This document shows positions 52,135 through 61,800 of a DNA stretch of 62,484 nucleotides, piece by piece. A model generated the notes under the pieces. It had not been told where the DNA came from. It searched no databases and saw only the letters and a program-made list of their open reading frames with translations. Positions within the stretch are counted from its first letter, which is position 1. Every line of letters begins with the position of its first letter. A program made the position numbers and the translations under genes. Where the stretch lies: NCBI GenBank assembly GCA_030647655.1, contig JAUSJH010000018.1, forward strand, positions 1 through 62,484. Reading direction: 5' to 3'. The stretch comes from a bacterium (GTDB taxonomy: Bacteria; Patescibacteriota; Minisyncoccia; Phycocordibacterales; UBA2100).

Positions 52135-54552
52135 TCAAGTGTGCCTTATGTTCATAATGAGATTCGCGAGCCACACAAAGAATCTCTCTACGAGGCCAGG
52201 TGAGGAGGCGGAGGCGAGACTGTCTTTGGGCTCCGATCTATCGGACGCACTCTCACTTGCAGTAGAAAGCACATCACCCAAAGGCATCTCAACTTCCAGA
52301 ATTGCCTGCCTTCCAGTGGTAAGATTTCGCACATTTTCCAAAAGCAGTATCCTGTCGTCGGGCAGAGCCGCACCGCTCTTTGTTTTCATGATGTGTGTAC
52401 GCACATATGCATAGTCGTTGAGCGGATATCCGGCTATTGTGTACGGACTCACCGACCACGTAGTTCCGGCATCTATGCTCACCGCATGTTGGCCATTCCC
52501 AATCACGTCAATCCGCGCACCGTGGACAATAAGATTGTGCCCCGCTTCATTCGTTTGGGCGCCGAAGCCGGCAATGGGAAGCCATATCTTCTTCCGAAAT
52601 CCCGTAGCAGTATCGATCACAAAGAGGTAGTTGGCATTGGTTGCAAGAGCCGTCCCCAGAAGGTAGAGGGTGTGTTGGCCGTCAAAATCTATATCTTCTT
52701 CAAAGAATTGCGTGCTGTTGCTTATGTTTCCGAGCGTCGCTTTGGAGTCAACGTGCGACCCATATCCACTCACCAGAATAAAGCGGTTGAGCTGACGTAT
52801 ATCGTAGTCGGCTTGGTCCATATGAAGACCGGAAGCAATCCGTAACTTATCACCCGATGCATACAGATTGGGGTACAAGAGCCGACCGCCCACTTCTTTT
52901 GAGATTTCGTAGGCCTGACTCCAGGCTCCACTGCGGTACGCTCCACAGCGAAAGATGTCCGATATATGATCGGTCGCACAGAAGTAGATGGTATCGGAGT
53001 CTACAGCATATGCCACACCGTGGTAGGCAAAATAAAAATTCCCTAGTAACGAATTGAAGGGCGAGGTATTAATAATCTGTGGTGAAGAGAGCGTGCCTGT
53101 CGAGGCCCCGGTAAATTTGAGGTGCGCCAGTTTGCCATTAGCATCATCGTAGAGTATGTTAAGTGCGCCATTGTTATCCAAAATCAACGATGGTGGCTGA
53201 TGTGCGTCTTTGCTCGGTTGCATCCACGCGAGTTGCCATCCGCTGCCCGGAGCATTCTCATCAAAACGGTAAATAGCAGCTGGTATCGGAAGTGTTGTTA
53301 AGTCGTTCTGAAGTACCGCGTAGCGGTAATGCCCTACACGCACATATTTTGGGCTGTGGCGGCCCCACATCAGCGTGAGTTGGGAGAGCGCGTCTGTAAT
53401 AATAGGGCGGGGCGTATACTCCTGCGCGGCGGCGACGGTACATTGAGCGAAGCGATATTGAAGCTCGCCCGACAACACTCCGTTGGTACACGTTCTCGTC
53501 TGGACATACGAAGAGCAGAGCGCGGGAGGTGCCACGATGGATGTAGAATAGAATGTGGCCGATTGTCCGGACAAAATCTCTACGCCATTGAGTATGCAAG
53601 GAGCTTGTGTGTTCAGTACATTTGCGGTACGTGCTGCAGATACTTTGATATTTCCCGACGCGTCAGTAGCGATGGCGACCACCGTATGCGGCCCGTCTGC
53701 GACACGAGTTGTGTCCCATGAGGCTGAATATGGAATTGTGGTATCTCTATCGCCTACACTCGCATTGTCGACTTTGAATTGCACGCCCGCCACACCTTTT
53801 TCGTCGGAAGCCGTTGCGGATAGTACGATTGCGCCCGATATAATTTGATTATTCGCCGGAGTGTAGAGGGAGACAGAGGGAGGAGTCGTGTCGGGAAACA
53901 CTGTATTCCCCGCCAAAAAGTCAACCGCAATACCTCCCCGGACAAAGCTTGCGGCTGCACCCGCGCGGCACACCCGGGCGTAGCGTAGAGGCATTGTTGA
54001 GACTTTCGCATAATTCACCGTGCGCTCAATCGTCGAATATGGCAGGGAGCCGAGTAGTGTCCACGTCGCCTTGTCTCTGCTCACTAATATGTAGCCTCCC
54101 GGGTTGGTTCCGCAATAGTTTCCGGTACACGAGTTGCCGCAGATGGAATTCGGCATCCAATAATCCACGCGCAGAGAGGAGAAAGACCGCACCGAGCCGA
54201 AATCCATGTCAATGCATGAAGTAACGGCGTAGCTGCCTACTCTGTATGCAATATTCCCTTTGCGGTAAGAAAGTCCTGCAGGAAGCGAGTCATCAGTTTT
54301 GAGTCTGGCGATTGAGCAGTAGTTCGGCGTAGTCGTTGCGGAAACTCCCGGCGGTATGACGCCAGAAACCGCGCCCGTAATCCACGCCGGTGCAACCGCC
54401 AACGCCTCTGTGGCCGCCGTTGCCACATCTGGTGCCAACATTTCTTCGGCGACCGCCAGATTGTTGCCCTGAAATAAGGCAGACGAAACAATAAGTAGAA
54501 GAACGAGACCGAGAAGGATCAGGAGTGGGTATACTCTCGGACGAAGGGTCAT
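52135..54552 (-). CDS. modular surface protein (Cys-rich discoidin-like, Ig-like, four-Cys repeat, BNR propeller)
   Basis: Same domains as 42304-46740 in different order; RPRVYPLL signal-anchor; shared C-terminal SSPGLVERFFxWL motif. Confidence 0.85.
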   Translation of the reverse strand: MTLRPRVYPLLILLGLVLLLIVSSALFQGNNLAVAEEMLAPDVATAATEALAVAPAWITGAVSGVIPPGVSATTTPNYCSIARLKTDDSLPAGLSYRKGNIAYRVGSYAVTSCIDMDFGSVRSFSSLRVDYWMPNSICGNSCTGNYCGTNPGGYILVSRDKATWTLLGSLPYSTIERTVNYAKVSTMPLRYARVCRAGAAASFVRGGIAVDFLAGNTVFPDTTPPSVSLYTPANNQIISGAIVLSATASDEKGVAGVQFKVDNASVGDRDTTIPYSASWDTTRVADGPHTVVAIATDASGNIKVSAARTANVLNTQAPCILNGVEILSGQSATFYSTSIVAPPALCSSYVQTRTCTNGVLSGELQYRFAQCTVAAAQEYTPRPIITDALSQLTLMWGRHSPKYVRVGHYRYAVLQNDLTTLPIPAAIYRFDENAPGSGWQLAWMQPSKDAHQPPSLILDNNGALNILYDDANGKLAHLKFTGASTGTLSSPQIINTSPFNSLLGNFYFAYHGVAYAVDSDTIYFCATDHISDIFRCGAYRSGAWSQAYEISKEVGGRLLYPNLYASGDKLRIASGLHMDQADYDIRQLNRFILVSGYGSHVDSKATLGNISNSTQFFEEDIDFDGQHTLYLLGTALATNANYLFVIDTATGFRKKIWLPIAGFGAQTNEAGHNLIVHGARIDVIGNGQHAVSIDAGTTWSVSPYTIAGYPLNDYAYVRTHIMKTKSGAALPDDRILLLENVRNLTTGRQAILEVEMPLGDVLSTASESASDRSEPKDSLASASSPGLVERFFVWLANLIMNIRHT

Positions 54553-54581
54553 ACAGGCACTCTATTGTACTACGGGATACG

Positions 54582-54680
54582 TCATGGTTGCGGTGCTTCT
54601 GCGGTTGGTGCTGGAGGCGGTTCTAGTGTAGCTTCGACGCTTTCGGTCGGGGTCCCGACCTCTTCGACCCCCACAACAGA
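54582..54680 (-). pseudogene. 3' remnant of a Pro-rich gene ending ...EAPQP*
   Basis: tcatggttgcggtgcttctgc identical at 54582-54602 and 58257-58277; no upstream ATG in frame. Confidence 0.5.
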
Positions 54681-54827
54681 CCTATTCGGCGATGTATTTC
54701 GTAACTATCCGAAGACCATTTCTACGTACTTAAAAGATATTGAGCTCTCACCCGTGAGGCCTTACCTCTTCGAGTAGGGATATCTGGATTTACGAAATCC
54801 AGATTTTGTGCTCACATGTACATCTTA

Positions 54828-56891
54828 TTACCTAGCGAGCACGTAATCAACAGCGGCGTTGCTAATCGCAGCGCTACCCCCGCCTCTGCAGACGCGCACA
54901 TAGCGGAAGGGCGTGGGCGATGTGGCCGTGTTGCTTGTGAGCGTGAGCGATGGGGCCAGGCTTGTGAGGCGACTCCATGCAGAGGTGGCGCGGCTCGTGC
55001 TCGTGAACACATGCAGTGACGGATAGGTACTGCAATACGTCCCCGAGCACGAGTCTCCGCAGATAGTTTTGAGCATACGGTATCCGATCTTCGCCTCCGT
55101 ATACTGGGTACTACCAAAGTCAATGTCAAAGCAGGCGGTTACGCCCAGCCCCGCAATGGTTGAATATCCACCGGTGGCCTGTGCGAGCCCTGCCACTTGC
55201 CCGTTCTCGGTCCGTGCATTTCCGATTGTGCACGCGATACCGGCAAGCCCAGAGACCGGAAGTATGGTGCCGCTCTGCCATTGCGCTACTGGTGCGGGGG
55301 GAAACACCGCTCCTGCTCCATTTCCAACAATTGTATTAATTGAAGATACTGTATTACTTGTAGCATATGCGCCTGTGCCTGCGATTTCTACGCCATAGCG
55401 TGGATTGAACTTGATGATATTCGCGCTACTTGCATCGCCATCTTTACCCACGGAATTATTCAAAGCGTCTTTAATATAAATGCCATCCCTTGCGTTCCGA
55501 ATTGCAATTTGACCGGTAACATCAGTGCCAATCTTGTTGCCGATAATGTTATTGTCGTGCGCTATCCAATTGAGGGGGTTTGTGGTCAGAGGGTCTGTAT
55601 TCGCGGCTGCCCCCGCAGGGTCGCCACGTATCCAGATACCGTCATTTGTATTTCCCGATATGAGATTGCCCTGTATCGTTGCCGTTTGAGCTTCAAAAAT
55701 AATTATCCCCCACGTGCCGTTCCCCAACGGGCCCGTACCGGACGCATTTGTCCCGATATAGTTTCCTACCACAAGATTGTCGTGACTAAAGCCCTTGTGG
55801 CCGAAGTGGGGCTCCGGAGTGGTTGGCGTCGGTGGCGAGCCGTCAAGATTGATGCCGTGCCGGTTGTTACCGGAAATAACGTTGCGGGCAAGCGGGTTAT
55901 ACCCGCCAATCTGGTTGTTCGGGCTATTGTGCAGAAGAATTCCCGTACGGATGTTCGGTATTTTGTACGACCCGGTGATATCCGTGCCTACATAATTCCC
56001 CTGGACGACGTGCCCGCTGGATTTGTCTCCTGCAATATTAATGCCGTATACGCCATTTCCTGAAATAATATTTCGATACTGCACTCCCGGGCCGCCAATG
56101 GTATTTTTGTCCGACTGACGAATAGAAATCCCGTTCCCGTTCCCAGTGCCGTTAGCGCCATTGCCAACGGCTGCTGTGCCAGCCGCATTGGTCCCTATCA
56201 GGTTGTTCAAAATCCAATTTCCCGTGGAGCCCTCCGGAATACTTATCCCGTTTTCTCCATTCCCGGAAATGACGTTCCTCTCCTGCGGGAGCGGCCCGCC
56301 GATTTGGTTGCGTGACGACGTGCTAACAAGAATGCCATTCCCTTTATTTGCACTTGCCGCCAAGCCGTCTGCACGAGTGCCGATATAGTTTCCTATGATT
56401 TTATTTGAGCCTCCTCCATTTAAATTGATTCCGTCTCCCGTAAAATTCTGAATCACGAGTCCTTGCACAGTGCTACCGCCCGCCTTTATCGTAAGGCCTG
56501 TGCTAGTGCTTGCGCCCATACATGAACCGTTGAGAATGATAAGCGGGGTGCCGGCATATCCGCTTTGCGTGGTACCGTCAATATGCACCGGTTTGGTGAT
56601 GTCCGGCAACGGAGAGGTGGGGCAAATCCGTTTTGAACTGGTGCTGATATTAAAGACAATCCGCCTTGTACCGCTTGCAAGCGCATTTGATTGCAAGATA
56701 GCCTCCCGCAAAGAGCCGGGACCGGAATCGTCCGTAGTCGTGACATATTGGATTCCGGCTGTGACCGCAGCGGCGGATTGAGACGAACTCATACGACCAC
56801 CAATAGTAGGGGCGAATGAAATAAGAAACAGAACAAAGAGAAGAAAGCCGAGAAGAGTCAGGAGTGGGTATACTCTCGGACGAGGGGTCAT
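54828..56891 (-). CDS. surface protein with CSLREA-type N-domain, parallel beta-helix repeats and C-terminal Cys-rich discoidin-like domain
   Basis: DDSGPGSLREAILQSN; repeated GNYIGT..G...NxISGN..GI rungs; ICGDSCSGTYC. Confidence 0.85.
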   Translation of the reverse strand: MTPRPRVYPLLTLLGFLLFVLFLISFAPTIGGRMSSSQSAAAVTAGIQYVTTTDDSGPGSLREAILQSNALASGTRRIVFNISTSSKRICPTSPLPDITKPVHIDGTTQSGYAGTPLIILNGSCMGASTSTGLTIKAGGSTVQGLVIQNFTGDGINLNGGGSNKIIGNYIGTRADGLAASANKGNGILVSTSSRNQIGGPLPQERNVISGNGENGISIPEGSTGNWILNNLIGTNAAGTAAVGNGANGTGNGNGISIRQSDKNTIGGPGVQYRNIISGNGVYGINIAGDKSSGHVVQGNYVGTDITGSYKIPNIRTGILLHNSPNNQIGGYNPLARNVISGNNRHGINLDGSPPTPTTPEPHFGHKGFSHDNLVVGNYIGTNASGTGPLGNGTWGIIIFEAQTATIQGNLISGNTNDGIWIRGDPAGAAANTDPLTTNPLNWIAHDNNIIGNKIGTDVTGQIAIRNARDGIYIKDALNNSVGKDGDASSANIIKFNPRYGVEIAGTGAYATSNTVSSINTIVGNGAGAVFPPAPVAQWQSGTILPVSGLAGIACTIGNARTENGQVAGLAQATGGYSTIAGLGVTACFDIDFGSTQYTEAKIGYRMLKTICGDSCSGTYCSTYPSLHVFTSTSRATSAWSRLTSLAPSLTLTSNTATSPTPFRYVRVCRGGGSAAISNAAVDYVLAR

Positions 56892-56915
56892 ATACGCATT
56901 CCATTGTACTACGAG
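56770..56915. repeat. 146-bp promoter+signal-anchor cassette, copy 1
   Basis: 144/146 identical to 58106-58251; partial third copy at 54509-54574. Confidence 0.92.
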
Positions 56916-56925
56916 GTATTTCATT

Positions 56926-58227
56926 TTATGGGGCGCTTGAAAGTTGCTTTACCATATCGTCGCTTGGGATGTTTTTGCTGAACGCAAATTCTTGAAGGTA
57001 GCAATTACATATAGGGCCCCCGTGTCCGTAGGAACCGCCCAGTACGGCAACTCTCAAAATTGGTGGCCACGTATTGGCGTGCTCGTTGATGCGAACATCG
57101 CTACCGTCGAGGGCGACGACCGCGCGCAGGCCGGTGGCATTCATGGCTCCGACGAACGTATGCTGACCCTTGACGAACGGGCGCAGTGGGTCGAAGCCTT
57201 GGGCGTTGTTGTCCCCGTTCATAGCGGTCATGCCGTAGTGTGCAGTAATCGGGTTCCCGTTGAAGGAGACGCGGTGATAATCGTCGTCCTTGGCCGTGTG
57301 CAATGACAGCATGGTGATGCTATGTACGTCTTGGTTTGAGTAGAACTTGACCAGCACACTGCCATTCGGGACCGGAAAGTGAGCGCCAAGGGGGACCAAC
57401 GCCATCGTGACGTGGTCTTGCTCGCGCGTCACGGGCGTCGCCCCGACCTCCATTGGTGAGGTCTTAAAGGCACCGTTCTCGTTGAGCACGAAGTCAACGC
57501 CGAACTCATCGCCCCTTGTCTCAACTTTGAAGCCGACCTTCGGATTGGCGAGCGTCCGCGACGGAATATCCTTCCACGCCCACCGGCTGTTGGGGGGTGT
57601 TATATCTGTCCAGTGCGCGCCGCCGTCCATTGTCATAAACAGCTGTCCGGTACCGGTGCCGATTCTCCTAACGAAAGCGGACTGCGAGCGAACTGACGAC
57701 GGCAACGTAATCTTTTGCAAGACCGTGGCGTTATTTGCCGTCGCCTTGATACGCGATGCCGAGTGGGCAATGCCGTCCACACCGGCAATACCGCGCGTGA
57801 CGAGCATATTGGTGCGGACCCATACCGATGCCGTCAAGTCCCGATTGTAAAGTGCAACGAACGTGCGGACGCCCTCAATGAGCGCACCGCGATCTGACCG
57901 TCGCAGAGTGTTCGGCGGAACTTTCTTCCAAACGCCAGCAGTATTATCAATCCAGGCAGATGATGCGCGTTGTGTTTTAATGCCGAGTGCACCGATCGTC
58001 GTCGGGCCGTTGAGATAGGCGCGGTTGTTAGCGAAGTCGACATCCATAAACATGCTGGGGGTGGGCCATGCTTGTGCGCCGAGGATAACTGGCACCACGA
58101 CAGCGGCGGCGGATTGAGACGAACTCATACGACCACCAATAGTAGGGGCGAATGAAATAAGAAACAGAACAAAGAGAAGAAAGCCGAGAAGAATCAGGAG
58201 TGGGTATACTCTCGGACGATGGGTCAT
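56926..58227 (-). CDS. surface protein with phage head-spike/tail-fibre-like carbohydrate-binding modules
   Basis: QRASSAWID..G...RRSDRGALIEGVRT and ENGAFKTSP...TPVTREQD resemble TRASxA...GLLIEGxRTN and EAGAFATSYIP...VTRAAD motifs of phage structural proteins. Confidence 0.65.
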   Translation of the reverse strand: MTHRPRVYPLLILLGFLLFVLFLISFAPTIGGRMSSSQSAAAVVVPVILGAQAWPTPSMFMDVDFANNRAYLNGPTTIGALGIKTQRASSAWIDNTAGVWKKVPPNTLRRSDRGALIEGVRTFVALYNRDLTASVWVRTNMLVTRGIAGVDGIAHSASRIKATANNATVLQKITLPSSVRSQSAFVRRIGTGTGQLFMTMDGGAHWTDITPPNSRWAWKDIPSRTLANPKVGFKVETRGDEFGVDFVLNENGAFKTSPMEVGATPVTREQDHVTMALVPLGAHFPVPNGSVLVKFYSNQDVHSITMLSLHTAKDDDYHRVSFNGNPITAHYGMTAMNGDNNAQGFDPLRPFVKGQHTFVGAMNATGLRAVVALDGSDVRINEHANTWPPILRVAVLGGSYGHGGPICNCYLQEFAFSKNIPSDDMVKQLSSAP

Positions 58228-58251
58228 ATACGCATTCCATTGTACTACGAG
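58106..58251. repeat. 146-bp promoter+signal-anchor cassette, copy 2
   Basis: See copy 1. Confidence 0.92.
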
Positions 58252-58323
58252 ATGCATCATGGTTGCGGTGCTTCTGCCGGCGGTGGTAGCTCTAGTGCAG
58301 GAGCGGGTGACGGAGATGGTTGG

Positions 58324-58539
58324 CTAGTCCTTGAAAATATAGTTACAGGAAAGCCTTGTATCGCGCATTATTTTCCGAAGTAATCCTGGACCTATCACGT
58401 CATGTAACGGCACAGTTGTCGGCGACAGTGTCGGATGTTTGAGCCGAACATGGCTACCTGTTGTGCGAACTTGAACATATCCGACTCGTTCAAGTCGCTT
58501 GATAATCTGCGCACCCGATATGCGCGGAATATGCGGCAT
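58324..58539 (-). CDS. hicA: HicA-family toxin
   Basis: ISGAQIIKRLERVGY.QVRTTGSHVRLKH...TTVPLH...GLLRKI. Confidence 0.88.
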   Translation of the reverse strand: MPHIPRISGAQIIKRLERVGYVQVRTTGSHVRLKHPTLSPTTVPLHDVIGPGLLRKIMRDTRLSCNYIFKD

Positions 58540-58542
58540 ATA

Positions 58543-58773
58543 CTAAACAGTAATGACGTGTACGCTCACGCTTGACGCAGTCCCAGCAACATCTTCCGTC
58601 TTCTGCTCCGCAAGGCACGCCTCCGTCGCTTCGCGCACGTTCAGAAGTGCCTCCTCCATGTTTTTGCCTTGACTATAGCAACCAGGGATTGCGGGATTCG
58701 TAGCAACAAAGAAGCCCCCATCGTCTTTCTCAACGATGATTGGAAATGATTGTGTGCTACGGATTCCTTTCAT
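58543..58773 (-). CDS. hicB: HicB-family antitoxin (short, no DNA-binding domain)
   Basis: IIVEKDDGGFFV..PAIPGCYSQGKNMEEALLNVREA. Confidence 0.88.
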   Translation of the reverse strand: MKGIRSTQSFPIIVEKDDGGFFVATNPAIPGCYSQGKNMEEALLNVREATEACLAEQKTEDVAGTASSVSVHVITV

Positions 58774-58826
58774 GATGGCAGTATACCCCCGCGAGATAAT
58801 AGTTTCAATGCACCACATTATATACG

Positions 58827-61800
58827 CTACGGGGTGGTTGAGATCGCGCTTCCAGTATCGGTGCCGCTCCCCCCATCAGCGGGCGGGGTTTCGGATGGCG
58901 GAGGTGTAGGAGCAGGAGCAGGAGCGAGCTCTGGTTGTGGCGCTGGTTCAGGTGCGGGCGTTGGCTCCGGTGCAGGAGTCGGAACGGGGGCTGGCACTGG
59001 TTCCGGGGAAGGTTCTGGTGCAGGCGACGGCTCTGGCGCAGGGGTGGGGGCCGGAGCGGGCTCTGGTGTTGGAGCGGGTGCGGGTGAAGGTTCAGGAGCC
59101 GGAGCCGGCGCAGGTGGGGTTGATGTCGCGTCCGTAGGAGGAGGAGTGCTTCCGCCGGCACCTCCGGCACCGCCCGTGTCTCCGGCCTGCGGCGGCGCGC
59201 TCTGCGCGCCGCCGCTCCCACCGCTTCCGCTTCCCACATTCCCCGAGTTGCTACCCGCCCCTGCCGCAAGCAATGAATCGAGTTGTACCTTGGTGATGCA
59301 GGTCTCCCCGCCTTCGCCCGAGACGCAAAGCTTGTCGGTGTGCACTTCTTTGGCGAAGACTTTCTCAAAGATGCCGGTCGCGGCGTAGAGCGCTTCTTTA
59401 AACGCGCGAATCACTATGTCGCCGAGACCGGAAATCGCGCTCTTCAGTCCATCCGACGCATCAGTAAATGATGCGTACCACGGCGTCGACGATGCAAATT
59501 GCTCTCTCGGCGTCGTGGTCGCGCTCACCAATTCCCCCGCCGATGTCGTCGCAAGAAGCGGCTGGACCTCTAGATTGAGTTCTTGTATCGCCTTTATAGT
59601 CGGAGAAACAAGGGCCTGATATTGAATCCCCCACGGGTCTACATGCGGGTCCGCGCCGCCAACGTGGACGAACTGGGGAAAGACATCGTAAAGTTCTTGA
59701 GCGATAAGGCCTGTCTTCCGGCCCTCCTCCCCTTCGAAGTTGAAGTCAACAACGTGGATATTCATAAGATTGGCGAGCGAGGAGGAAGTATTCGTAATAT
59801 CGGATTTCAAGCGGACGTCCGAGGGGATAACACATCCACCAGTTGTTGCACCGCGAAGAGAGCCGTTGGAATCTACGATACACACACCTCGATTTCCATT
59901 GTTATCAGCCGAAAGACCGGAAAAGGCCACTGGGCCAGTTGCCGTAAGATTGAGCATACCTGTGATTGAACCGACACTATTTATGGTAAGCGCTCCGCCT
60001 CCAAAAGTTGCAACACCGGTATTGGAGATCGACCAGTCAGTGCTGCCATCGCTAATCGTATTGCTGAAATTAGCTGCGGTCGCAATAATTGTGCCGGTAA
60101 AGGTGGGAGAAGCCGAAAGCACCATGTTGCCCGTTCCCGTAACCGCGTTGGAAAGTGTAACGCCGCCGTATTGTAAGGTGCCATTCGTACCTCCTGCCGT
60201 AGACGCGCCGATAACTACATTTCCACCGACTGAGAAAAGTTTTGATGGTGATGTCGTCCCGATGCCGACGTTGCCGGAAGAGTCAATGCGCATGGCTTCG
60301 GCAGGGCCGCTCCCTGTTCTGAAAACAATGTCTCCTGTTGTAGTCCCATTGTCAAAATAGAAGTCTGGGTCGGATTTCTTGCCGCCCAAAATGCGCATCC
60401 CGACCGCGCCGAGCTCACCGTTAAAGATAAGGGAATTATAGCCGTTGGAAGTGCCAATTATTTGTAAGTCCGTTTCAGCTCCAGTTGATACTACAAATTT
60501 CGATCCCGGTGTTGTGGAGCCAATCCCGACGTTGCCGCCATTCGCAATCGTGAGATACGTCGAGGTGGCATAGACATCGGTTGACGTACCGATTTGGAGA
60601 CTCCCGAGGACCGAGCGGAACGTCCAGTGTTTTGCGTTTACCCCCGCAAGGGTGTCGGTCAAGGTGAGCTGGCCGCGGAAGGTTGAATCTGCGCTCGTGG
60701 TGGCGAATTGTGCGGGCCAGTAGGGAGAGGTGGTGCCGACACCGATGCGATTTGCTCCGTTGAGGAAGATGCCGAAGACATCATTTGTCGAAGATGCCCA
60801 CTTGGAATTGGGGCCAGCTCCTCCACCGTCATCAACTTCGCATCCGAAGTTACCCGCTGTCCACGTCAGCACATTGTTTGACGAACAGTCTATAAGACCG
60901 TCGGCAAAGAAGTCAGAAGTGGAAGCGACACCGGAAACAGTGAGCGCGGTGGATGAGGCATACGGGAATCTGTTGGCGACGAGCCCTGTGGAGTAGAACG
61001 TGAGAGCTGTGGGAGTGGTCGTTGCGCGAAGCGAGCCACCTGCATCAATCCACGGCAAGACACTTGCAAGTCCGGCACTCGAGAAAATTGCGTTTCCTGT
61101 GATTGTCATGTTGGTCGTCGTGGCGTCTGTCGAGCTCGCGTTGACCATTCTCAAATTGGTAATCGTCGAAGTGCCGGAGTTCACGATGATGCCGCCTGTG
61201 AACGAGAGACGGGTCGAGGTGGCGTCAGATGGGAAGGGCCATGAGTAGCCATTCTTGTTGTTGAAGGTCGTCCAGTCGGTGGAGGAGAGACAGCCCGCGG
61301 CGCTTCCGCTTCCGACGGTGCAGTCGACGGCCAAAGCGCCGCCCACCGCAGAGCGTCCCGCCGTGACCGTGATGCCGTTCGTACCCGAGACGGTTCCTGT
61401 CGCGACAGAGGAGAGATTGCCCGTGCCGTTGCCGTATATGAGTTGGGAGGAGGTGAAGGTGTCGACACCGGTACCACCCTTTGCAACAGCGAGAGTGCCC
61501 GTGATATTCGCAAGTGTCGTCGTTGCGACCCACGAAGACGCTCCGTCGATGAAGGTGAGGACGTATCCGGGAGTGCCGACGCCGAAGAATGTTGACGTGG
61601 CGATGGAGCGGGCGTCCCCCGTTGAACCGGTCTGGTTGCCGAGGATGCTCGCGGCGGCGACTTGGGCGAGATTGGCAAACGGAAGGTCGCCCGTGACGTC
61701 GAGGGTGAGGTCAACCGTGGCACAGGTCGCCGCACCTGCTCCGTTGAGACTTCTGACAAATTGATTGGTGCAGGAGGCACCGGCGTATTCGGATAGCGTT

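Noticed and set aside
56770-58251. 146-bp near-identical pair as DGR template/variable repeat
   Set aside because: Only two differences, not adenine-specific, located at N-termini; no reverse transcriptase in window
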